Part shown: positions 11,686 through 22,844 of the stretch, in pieces
Layout of the letters: the number at the start of each line of letters is the position of its first letter
How positions within the stretch are numbered: the first letter of the stretch is position 1
Source of the DNA: Sphyrna mokarran
Lineage: Eukaryota
Assembly: GCA_024679065.1 (NCBI GenBank)
Contig: JAGIQG010000040.1
Location: 558,001-622,000 of the forward strand
Direction of reading: 5' to 3'
Length of the DNA stretch: 64,000 nt
Notes under the pieces: generated by a model
Told to the model about the DNA's origin: nothing
Databases searched by the model: none
The model's input: only the letters and a program-made list of their open reading frames with translations
Program-made: the position numbers and the translations under genes

Positions 11686-12169
11686 TTAACAGAGCAGAAG
11701 CGCATACCAAGCTGTGATACAACCAGAAGGAATGCTTTCTATGGGGCGTTGGTGAGAGTCGTAGCGGACATGTCAAATTTCCTTCGTCTTCTGAGAAAGT
11801 AGAGGCGTTGGTGGGGCTTTCTTAACGATAGTGTCGGCGTGGGGGGGGGACCAGGACAGGTTGTTGGTGATCTGGATGCCCAAAAACATGAAGCTCTCGA
11901 TCCTTTCTACTTCGTTCTGCTATTATACTGCTATTATTATTTAATAAATCCTCTTCAATCATTGCACCCAAACTACTGCCTGGCACTCAAGAAGCCAAAT
12001 AAGGGTTCATTTACACAACGTTAAAACAAATCCACATTATAAATGAGGAGTTATAATGTTTTTCTTTTGGGAATAACACTGTCGTACTTCTCACAGATTG
12101 GAAAATAGGCTAGTGGGGGTGTGATTGGTGTAATTGGATTAAGCGAACTGCAAAGATCCAGCAATGTGT

Positions 12170-12782
12170 CTTGGACCTCCCCCCACCACCCAATGCTGAC
12201 TTTGTCAACTTTAGTTAAGAAACCCCAAACACCCCTAATTTCTCAGAAGACTGAGGAAATTTGACATGTCCGCTACGGACTCTCACCAACTTTTACAGAT
12301 GCCCCATAGAAAACATTCTTTCCAGGTTTGTATCACAGCTCGGTCTGGGCTCCTGCTCTGCCCGAAGACCCACAAGGAACTACAAAAGGCTGGTGAATGT
12401 AGCCCCAATCCCATCAGGCAAACCCCAGCCTCCCATCCATCGACTCTGTCTACACTTCCCGCTGCCTCGGGGGGAAAAGCAGCCGGTATAATTAAGGACC
12501 CCCCCCTCCCCACGCACCCCGGACATTCTCTCTTCCACCTTCTTCCGTCGGGGAAAAAGGTACAAAAGTCTGAGGTCCCGCACCGACCGACTCAAGAACA
12601 GCTTCTTCCCTGCTGCTGTCAGACTTTTGAATGGACCCACCTCGCATTAAGTTGATCTTTCTCTACACCCCCTCGCTGTGACTGTAACACTCCATTCTGC
12701 ACCCTCTCCTCTCCTTCTCTATGAACGGTATGCTTTTCACTGTATCCCAATTCATGTCACAATAATAAATCAAATCAAATTA
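12170..12782 (+). mobile_element. Rex1/Babar-like LINE 3' fragment
   Basis: TLTNFYRCPIENILS... peptide and AATAATAAATCAAATCAAAT tail. Confidence 0.75.
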
Positions 12783-13460
12783 AGGTTGTAAAATTGGAAG
12801 AAAGTGAGACAAAGATAAGGTAAGTTTACTGTTTGAAATATCAGAGCGGTAGAGTTATGGAAATGAATCAGTTCTGGGCAAAGGGAAAATTCTGAGAGAC
12901 TGCATGAAAAAATACAGAACAGGGAGACGAAAGGGAAGGATCACATTGAAGAAAATACTGAAGGCTGTGTAAGGGTGTTAGATCTCCAAGTAGATCAGTG
13001 TGGGAGCTGTTAATCTCCCCAAGCAGATGGTGTGGTAGATGGTAACAGCTAAAAGAAAACATTGCACAGATGGGATTAGACCTGGAAAAAACATTTCGCT
13101 GTGACAGTCAGAGAGAACACCAAGAACCACAGGGCATTGTGTGGGGAAATTACTGGAATTCCACAGATTTAAATATCCAAAAGGACATCAGAAAATGGAA
13201 AGTTAGCTTTGTGTCTCGGTACACCCAAGATCTTTCTGAAACTATTAAAAAGTACTGCTAACTGTGAACATATTGTTGTGTTTAAGTATGATTTTGTTTC
13301 TGTTTTAATCAACATTTAAGTTGAATATAAAATCTTCACAATTAATGCGAAATCATGTCCTGATTTCAGGAAGCTGCTTCATAATATACAAATTGAAAGA
13401 AATGTTTTGGCAGCTATTTCAATCTTCTCTTTGGGCAGCTCTGGATTTACCATCAGCCCT

Positions 13461-14640
13461 GTCTCAACACTGTCACGTACTAACCGTGTTCCCTCACCCT
13501 GCATACAGTCTCAACACTGTCACGTACTAACCGTGTTCCCTCACCCTGTGTACAGTCTCAACACTGTCACGTACTAACCGTGTTCCCTCACCCCGTGTAC
13601 AGTCTCAACACTGTCACGTACTAACCGTGTTCCCTCGCCCTGTGTACAGTCTCAACATTGTCACGTACTAACTGTGTTCCCTCACCCTGTGTACAGTCTC
13701 AACACTGTCACGTACTAACCGTGTTCCCTCACCCTGTGTACAGTCTCAACACTGTCACGTACTAACCGTGTTCCCTCACCCTGTGTACAGTCTCAACACT
13801 GTCACGTACTAACTGTGTTCCCTCACCCTGTGTACAGTCTCAACACTGTCACGTACTAACTGTGTTCCCTCACCCTGTGTACAATCTCAACACTGTCACG
13901 TACTAACCGTGTTCCCTCACCCTGTGTACAGTCTCAACACTGTCACGTACTAACCGTGTTCCCTCACCCTGTGTACAGTCTCAACACTGTCACATACTAA
14001 CCGTGTTCCCTCACCCTGTGTACAGTCTCAACACTGTCACTGTGTTTATGTACAGTTCCCTCACTCTGTGTACAGTCCCACACTGTAACTGTGTTTGTGT
14101 ACAGTTCCCTCATTCTGTGTACAGTCCCACACTGTCACTGTGTTTGTGTACAGTTCCCTCACTCTGTGTACAGTCCCGCACTCCCACTGTGTTTGTGTAC
14201 AGTTCCCTCACTCTGTGTACAGTCCCACACTCCCACTGTGTTTGTGTACAGTTCCCTCACTCTGTGTACAGTCCTGCACTCTCACTGTGTTTGTGTACAA
14301 TTCCCTCACTCTGTGTACAGTCCCACACTCTCACTGTGTTTGTGTACAGTTCCCTCACTCTGTGTACAGTCCCACACTGTCACTGTGTTTGTGTACAGTT
14401 CCCTCACTCTGTGTACAGTCCCACACTGTAACTGTGTTTGTGTACAGTTCCCTCACTCTGTGTACAGTCTCACACTGTAACTGTGTTTGTGTACAGTTCC
14501 CTCACTCTGTGTATAGTTTCACACTGTAACTGTGTTTGTGTACAGTTCCCTCACTCTGTGTACAGTCCCGCACTCTCACTGTGTTTATGTACAGTTCCCT
14601 CACTCTGTGTACAGTCCCACACTGTCACTGTGTTCCTGTA
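13461..14640 (+). repeat. Two-part minisatellite: 47-bp unit (13461-14040) switching to a related 49-bp unit (14040-14640)
   Basis: GTCTCAACACTGTCACGTACTAACCGTGTTCCCTCACCCTGTGTACA, then CACTGTCACTGTGTTTGTGTACAGTTCCCTCACTCTGTGTACAGTCCCA. Confidence 0.95.
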
Positions 14641-15219
14641 GATTTTCCACACTCTGCTTCTGATAAGTTGTCAATTGGAGATAATGAAACTCCCCTCTCA
14701 ATAACCTAATTTCTTACCCTTACCTTCCTCAGAGCATGTGTAAAGAAGGATCTGAATGTCTGTTGCATCCTAGAGGTTGTTCAGAGATGAAAATAAAGTC
14801 TTGATGTTGTCCATCTTTTCCCAATAAGTTTCAGTTCTTCCAGTCTTTCACCTTTGGGTAAATATAAACCTGTTTATTGGTGCAACGTACAATATCAGAA
14901 CGGTATTTCCATATTTAAAGTGCTGTGCTTATTCTTTTTAGTAACAAAGTCCCTCTGGGAGGTCCCCCTGGTCAGATTAAATCTGATTCTGCTCTCTGAG
15001 GGGAACTGGAAGGAGAAGGAACTTGTCTTGATGATATCGTCGAGTTTCGGACATCTGTCAGATGTTAAAGACAAATAGTCAGTGTGCTTCTAGTAAATGA
15101 GGATGGCTGCTTTAGAAATTTAAGAAGCGATAATTCAAACTTAATTCAAATATCGCAATCTCCCAAATTTCCATTTTATTTAACGCAAACAATTTATGTT
15201 TTCTGCAATCTCTTCACAC

Positions 15220-16335
15220 CGTCCCCATCAAACACTCCCAGGACAGGTACAGCACGGGGTTAGATACAGAGTAAAGCTCCCTCTACACTGTCCCCCATCA
15301 AACACTCCCAGGACAGGTACAGCACTGGGTTAGATACAGAGTAAAGCTCCCTCTACACTGTCCCCCATCAAACACTCCCAGGACAGGTACAGCACGGGGT
15401 TAGATACAGAGTAAAGCTCCCTCTACACTGTCCTCATCAAACTCTCCCAGGACAGGTACAGCACGGGTTAGATACAGAGTAAAGCTCCCTCTACACTGTT
15501 CCCCCATCAAACACTCCCAGGACAGGTACAGCACAGGGTTAGATACAGAGTAAAGCTCCCTCTACACTGTCACCCCATCAAACACTCCCAGGACAGGTAC
15601 AGCAAGGGTTTAGATACAGAGTAAAGCTCTCTCTACACTGTCCCCCCCATCAAACACTCCCAGGACAGGTACAGCACGGGGTTAGATACAGAGTAAAGCT
15701 CCCTCTACAGTGTCCTCCATCAAACACTCCCAGGACAGGTACAGCACGGGGTTAGATACAGAGTAAAGCTCCCTCTACACTGTCCCCGCCATCAAACACT
15801 CCCAGGACAGGTACAGCACGGGGTTAGATACAGAGTAAAGCTCCCTCTACACTGTCCCCGCCATCAAACACTCCCAGGACAGGCACAGCATGGGGTTAGA
15901 TACAGAGTAAAGCTCCCTCTACACTGTCCCCATCAAACACTCCCAGGACAGGTACAGCACAGGGTTAGATACAGAGTAAAGCTCCCTCTACACTGTCCCC
16001 CCATCAAACACTCCCTGGACAGGTACAGCACGGGGTTAGATACAGAGTAAAGCTCCCTCTACACTGTCCCCCATCAAACACTCCCAGGACAGGTACAGCA
16101 CGGGGTTAGCTACAGAGTAAAGCTCCCTCTACACTGTCCCCCATCAAACACTCCCAGGACAGGTACAGCACGGGGTTAGATACAGAGTAAAGCTCCCTCT
16201 ACATTGTCCCCCATCAAACACTCCCAGGACAGGTACAGCACGGGGTTAGATACAGAGTAAAGCTCCCTCTACACTGTCCCCCCATCAAACACTCCTAGGA
16301 CAGGTACAGCACGGGGTTAGATACAGAGTAAAGCT
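15220..16335 (+). repeat. ~70-bp tandem repeat (~16 copies)
   Basis: Unit CCCCATCAAACACTCCCAGGACAGGTACAGCACGGGGTTAGATACAGAGTAAAGCTCCCTCTACACTGTC. Confidence 0.95.
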
Positions 16336-17259
16336 TGGACTTAAAGACTTGAAGCTCTCAATCCTTTCTACTTCATCCCCTGTTGACGTAGACAGGGCCA
16401 TGTTCTCCTGTAGGCTTCCTGAAATCAATGACAATAGCTTTCGTTTTGTTGACATTAAGTGAAAGATTATCCTCATTATCTGCTGTACCTGCACACTACT
16501 TTTCTGCTGTTCATGCATGAGGACACCCAGATCCCTCTGCATCGAGATAATACGCAGCTTCTCTGCAATTAGATAACAAACTGCGTTTGTATTTTTCCTA
16601 CCAAGACAGATAACCTCACATTTTTTTGATTTGATTTATTATTGTCACATGTATTAACAGTGAAAAGTATTGAATCTCGTCCACTATTCAGACAAAGCAT
16701 AACGTTCACAGAGAAGGAAACAAGACTGTACAGCATGTGGTGTTACAGTTGCAGCGAGATTTTGATGTAATTTATGATTGTCACATGTATTGAGATACAG
16801 TGAAAAGTATTGTTTCTTGTTTGCTTTACAGACAAAGCATACCGTTGGTAGTGAAGGAAAGGAGAGGGTGCAGAACGCAGTGTTACAGTCACAGCGAGGG
16901 GTGTAGAGAAAGATCAACTTAATGTGAGGTGGGTCCATTCAAAAGTCTGACAGCAGCAGGGAAGAAGCTGTTCTTTGTTAAAAAGATTTGCTGGGGTACA
17001 TTGAGAGAAACTATCTCTTTGCTGTGGGTTGTTGAGAATAAGTGAACAGAATCCAAAACTCTGAGCCAGGTGGTTGAGAATTGATTTCAGGAAGTATTTC
17101 TTCACACAAAGCACAGTGAACATCTGGAAATCTCAAACCTGAAACAATATTGAGGCTGGAAGGTCAACTGAAAAATTCAACATTGTGATTGACAGAATTT
17201 GGTGAAAGTACAAGAATTGAAAAATCTACAAACAAGGCAGTTAAATGAAGTCAAGGGAC

Positions 17260-18330
17260 AGATACAATTGTGTAGGGCATTGGTGAGGCCACAGCTGGAT
17301 ATTGTGTGCAGTTTTGGTGTCTTTATCTGAGGGAGGATGTCCGTGCTATAGAGGGAGCACAGCGAAGATTTACCAGGCTGATTCCTGAGATGGCAGGTCC
17401 GTCATGATGTGGAGGCATTGGAGAGGGTACAGAGGAGGTTTACCAGGATGTTGCCTGGTATGGAGGGCAGGTCTTATGAGGAGAGCTGAGGGATTTGAGG
17501 TTGTTTTCGTTAGAAAGGAGGAGGCTAAGAGGGGACCTTATTGAAACATATAAGATGATTAGAGGTTTAGATAGGGTGGACAGTGATAGCCTTTTTCCTA
17601 GGATGGAGAAAGCTAGCCCGAGGGGACACAGCTTTAAATTAAGGGGTGATAGTTATAGGACGGATATCAGAGGTAGGTTCTTTACCCAAAGGGTGGTTCG
17701 GGAGTGGAATGCCCTGCCTGCAGCAGTTGTAGATGCTCCAAGTTTGGTGGCGTTTAAGAGGTTGGTTGATAAGTATATGGAAGAGAAGGGAATGGTTTAG
17801 TTTGGAGGGGCATTGCTTTTTATATTGGTCGGCACAACATCGAAGGCCGAAGGGCCTGTTCTGTGCTGTAATGTTCTATGTTCTATGTTCTATGTTATAT
17901 GAGAAGAGACTAAGTCAGTTAGAATTATATTCACTGGAGTTTAGAAGAGTGAGAGGGGATCTCACAGAAACTTATAAACTTCTAACAGGATTAGACAGGG
18001 TAGATTCAGAAAGAATGTTCCTAGTGGTGGGGGGGGTGTCCAGAACTAGAGATCATAATTTGAAGGTAAGGGGTAAACCTTTTAACTGAGATGAGGAGAA
18101 ATGTCTTCAACCAGAGAGTGATGAATGTGTAGAATTCACTACCAAAATGGTGTGTGATTTCAGGAAGGAATTTCTCTTGGGGCTAAAAAGATCAAGGGGT
18201 AAGGGAGGAAGGGGGAATCAGGATATTGAATATGAAGATCAGCCATGAACATAATGAATGGCAAAGCAGGCTCGAAGGGCTGAAGGGCCTCCTCCTGCTT
18301 CTAGTTTCTATATTTCTATCAGCCATGGTC
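17260..18330 (+). mobile_element. Nested CR1 LINE 3' fragments (younger copy ~17407-17895 inside an older one)
   Basis: LFSLERRRLRGDLIETYKMIRGLD...FFTQRVVREWNALP ends in (TTCTATG)n, after which the interrupted copy resumes (YEKRLSQLELYSLEFRRVRGDL). Confidence 0.8.
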
Positions 18331-18982
18331 GAACTGAATGACAGAACAGGATCGAGGGGCCGAATGGTCTACTCCCATTCTGATTCTCTAATGTTTTTGA
18401 GCAGAATCTCTCAATGTGCAGCTGTTGAGTTCTGAGAAACAGGTTTGATATTTTCACTCTTGGTTTTCAGACGTGTGAAACTTGGCAACAACCTCAGGTC
18501 TATTTCCTTCTGCTTACCCTTCCTGTAGGAGTTAGCGGCATCACTTAAACTGAACAGGGGGCCTCCCAGAGCGAGCAGTGTTACTAAAAAGAATAAGCAC
18601 TGTGTTTTACATATGGAAATATGGTTCTGATTTCGTGAACCACACCAATAAACAATTCTTAAATTTATTGAAAAGAGACCAGGCCAACAGGACCGAATGT
18701 GGGAAGGTAAAAGAGGCTCAAAACCCAATCTCCCTGTTCGAGTGGAGAACAATCTGTCCCCTATACAGGAACAGCATTAAACTGTCTCTAAACTGGAGAT
18801 TCTTCAGCTGATATCTTGAGGAACTTGGTAAAGGGTTTAAAGAAAGACATTGGTTTGGATCATCAGGAAAATTGAGATGACCTCAGATTGAAGGTGATGA
18901 TTAACTATGAAAAACACAGGGAATTTACCCTGTGACCCAGAAACATTGAACTAGAAATGTCAGTCAACCAATGAATCTGGTT

Positions 18983-20380
18983 CCTTCCACAGTCCATGTA
19001 CAATCTACACTGTCCTGGGATTATTAACCATTTAATCTCCTTCCACAGCCCATGTACAATCTACACTGTCCTGGGATTATTAACCATTTAATCTCCTTCC
19101 ACAGCCCATGTACAATCTACACTGTCCTGGGATTATTAACCATTTAATCTCCTTCCACAGCCATGTACAATCTACACTGTCCTGGGATTATTAACCATTT
19201 AATCTCCTTCCACAGCCCATGTACAATCTACACTGTCCTGGATTATTAACCATTTAATCCTCTTCCACAGCCCATGTACAATCTACACTGTCCTGGGATT
19301 ATTAACCATTTAATCTCCTTCCACAGCCATGTACAATCTACACTGTCCTGGGATTATTAACCATTTAATCTCCTTCCACAGCTCATGTACAATCTACACT
19401 GTCCTGGGATTATTAACCATTTAATCTCCTTCCACAGCCCATGTACAATCTACACTGTCCTGGGATTATTAACCATTTAATCCTCTTCCACAGCCCATGT
19501 ACAATCTACACTGTCCTGGGATTATTAACCATTTAATCTCTTCCACAGCCCATGTACAATCTACACTGTCCTGGGATTATTAACCATTTAATCTCCTTCC
19601 ACAGCCCATGTACAATCTACACTGTCCTGGGATTATTAACCATTTAATCTCCTTCCACAGCCCATGTACAATCTACACTGTCCTGGGATTATTAACCATT
19701 TAATCCCCTTCCACAGCCCATGTACAATCTACACTGTCCTGGGATTATTAACCATTTAATCCCCTTCCACAGCCCATGTACAATCTACACTGTCCTGGGA
19801 TTATTAACCATTTAATCTCCTTCCACAGCCCATGTACAATCTACACTGTCCTGGGATTATTAACCATTTAATCCCCTTCCACAGCCCATGTACAATCTAC
19901 ACTGTCCTGGGATTATTAACCATTTAATCCCCTTCCACAGCCCATGTACAATCTACACTGCCCTGCGATTATTAACCATTTAATCCCCTTCCACAGCCCA
20001 TGTACAATCTACACTGTCCTGGGATTATTAACCATTTAATCCCCTTCCACAGCCCATGTACAATCTACACTGTCCTGCGATTATTAACCATTTAATCCCC
20101 TTCCACAGCCCATGTACAATCTACACTGTCCTGGGATTATTAACCATTTAATCCCCTTCCACAGCCCATGTACAATCTACACTGTCCTGGGATTATTAAC
20201 CATTTAATCCCCTTCCACAGCCCATGTACAATCTACACTGTCCTGCGATTATTAACCATTTAATCCCCTTCCACAGCCCATGTACAATCTACACTGTCCT
20301 GGGATTATTAACCATTTAATCCCCTTCCACAGCCCATGTACAATTTACACTGTCCTGGGATTATTAACCATTTAATCTCT
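18983..20380 (+). repeat. 56-bp tandem repeat (~25 copies)
   Basis: Unit CCTTCCACAGCCCATGTACAATCTACACTGTCCTGGGATTATTAACCATTTAATC(T/C). Confidence 0.95.
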
Positions 20381-20544
20381 TACCAGGTACTTTGTAAACT
20401 CTTCCCTATCAATAGAACTCTAAGTGCACTTAATCTCCTGAGAAATACATTTTTAACTGTTAAATACACTTGGAGAAATTCTCCTGAATATTCATCAATC
20501 CTCACATCTCCATCAGGAATCTGTCTGGATCCTCTTTCCTCTTT

Positions 20545-21070
20545 AAGGAAATTTGGCAAATCCTACACGACTCTCACCAACTTTTACAGATGCCCCACAG
20601 AAATCATTCTTTCTGGTTTGTATCACAGCTTGGTCTGGTCTCCTGCCCTGCGCAAGACCACAAGGAACTACAAAAGGCTGGTGAATGTAGCCCCAATCCA
20701 TCACACAAACCCCAGCCTCCCATCCATTGACTCTGTCTACACTTCCCGCTGCCTCGGGGAAAAGCAGCCGGCATAATTAAAGACCTCCCCCCACGCACCC
20801 CGGACATTCTCTCTTTCACCTTCTTCCATAGGGTATAAGATACAAAAGTCTGAGGTCACGTACTGACTGACTGAGGAACAGCTTCTTCCCTGCTGCTGTG
20901 AGACTTTTGCAATAAGTTGATCTTTCTCTACACTCTCGCTATGACTGTAACACTACATTCTGCATCCTCTCCTTTCCTTCTCTGTGAACAGTATAGTTTG
21001 TCTGTATAGCGCACAAGAAACAATGCTTTTCACTGTATCCCAATACATGTGGCAATAGTAAATTAAATCA
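20545..21070 (+). mobile_element. Rex1/Babar-like LINE 3' fragment
   Basis: LRKFG...TLTNFYRCPTE peptide; same family as 3510-4020. Confidence 0.7.
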
Positions 21071-22229
21071 GTCCTTAAACCCCCTGAGTGACAGGTTAGC
21101 CGAGCTCAGGGTGGACTCGGGGACCAGGCTTCACAACAAGGCCTGGCTGAGTGAGGGGAAAACAGTGAATGAGGCAACAGGAAGGCAAACACAGGAGGGG
21201 GATATTCAAGGCTGGATAACAGTGCCAGCTCAGGAACAATTTGCTGCGTGTGGAAGCAGCCCAGACAGTGAAACATTTCCAGTGCGGTTTTCATCAATCA
21301 TTGCTGATGGGGCTGAGTTTGGTTCTGGGTGTGTGTTCTGCTTGTTGCTGATAAAGACTCGATCTAAAAAGGCCTTTCCGCTGTTTTATCTCAAGTCTGA
21401 CAGGGGACCGGTTCTGTAAGAACCCAGTGACATGTGCTGGGTGGGTGTTGGGGTCAGGTGTAGGGGGGGGGGTGTTGTTGGTGGGAGAAATAGGGTGGGT
21501 GCTGGTGGGAAGACAGTGTGTTTGTACCAGTTCTTTGCTTTTGGGACGTTGCTGTGTTTGGGACATTCCTGTGTGCCATTGTCTTCTCTCTTGGTTACAT
21601 TACAATAGTCACTTCAAGGCTGTAAATTGCTCTGGCAGGTACTGAGTTTGTGAAATGAACTCCGTCGATGCAGGTTAGTGTGAGCACAGGTGAACTTTGG
21701 TTCAACTTAGAATCCTAGAATCTTCCAGCAGAGAAGGAGGCCGTTCAGCCCCCTGTGTCTGTACTGGTTCTTTGACAGAGCAGCCATGCTTCATTCCACA
21801 CTCCTGCTTTTTGTCTGTAACTTCTTCCTCCTCAGAGATCTGTCTAACTTCTTTTTAAAATCGGATCAGCTTCCTCCATCTTGTCACAAGACTATTCCAG
21901 AGTCCAACAACTCTCTGAGTGAAAACAATTCTCCTCATTCCCCCTTTTCCACCCTTTGTCAATGATTTTTAAATCAAGTTATTGACCAACTCACCAGAGG
22001 AATAATTTGTCTCTATCTATCCTATCAAAACCACACACGGTCTATTCTGTTATCCTCTTAACCTTCTCTGTTCCAACAGCAACAACCTGTATCTATGGAG
22101 CGTCTTTAACACAGTAAAACATCCCACATGCTTCACTGGAGCATGATAAAACAAAATTTAACACAAGCCACATGAGGAGATATTCGGGCAGAAGGTCAAA
22201 TGCTCGGTCAAAGGGTTATGATGGAAGAG

Positions 22230-22740
22230 AATCTTAAACTAGAAGGAGTGCAGAAAAGATTTGTTAAGATGCTACCAGGACTTGATGGATTGAGTTATAA
22301 GGAGAGGCTGGATAGACTGGGACTTTTTTCTCTGGAGTGTAGGAGGCTGAGGGGTGACCTTCTAGAGGTCTATAAAATAATGAGGGGCACAGATCAGCGA
22401 GATAGTCAATATCTTTTCCCCCAAAGGTAGGGGAGTCTAAAACTAGAGGGTGTAGGTTTAAGGTGAGAGGGGAGAGATACAAATGGGTCCAGAGGGGCAG
22501 TTTGTTTTCACACAGAAGGTGGTGAGTGTCTGGAACGAGCTGCCAGAGGTAGTAGTAGGGGCGGTATAATTTTGTCTTTCAAAAAGCGTTTAGACAGTTA
22601 CATGGGTAAGATGGATATGGAGGGATATGGACCAAATGCGGGCAATTGGGACAAGCTTAGGGGTTCAACAAGAAGGTCAGCGTGGCCAAATTGGGCCGAA
22701 GAACCAGTTTTCATGCTGTAAACCCCTATGATTCTATGAA
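22230..22740 (+). mobile_element. CR1 LINE 3' fragment
   Basis: LEGVQKRFVKMLPGLDGLSYKERLDRLGLFSLE.RRLRGDL, with a CTATGATTCTATG tail. Confidence 0.85.
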
Positions 22741-22844
22741 AGTGCTACAGAGATAATGGATGTACTGGTAGAAACCTCCAAGAATCCTTAAATTTGAAAA
22801 GGACCAAGGGGGTTGGAAAACTATCAATGTAACACCTTTATTCA

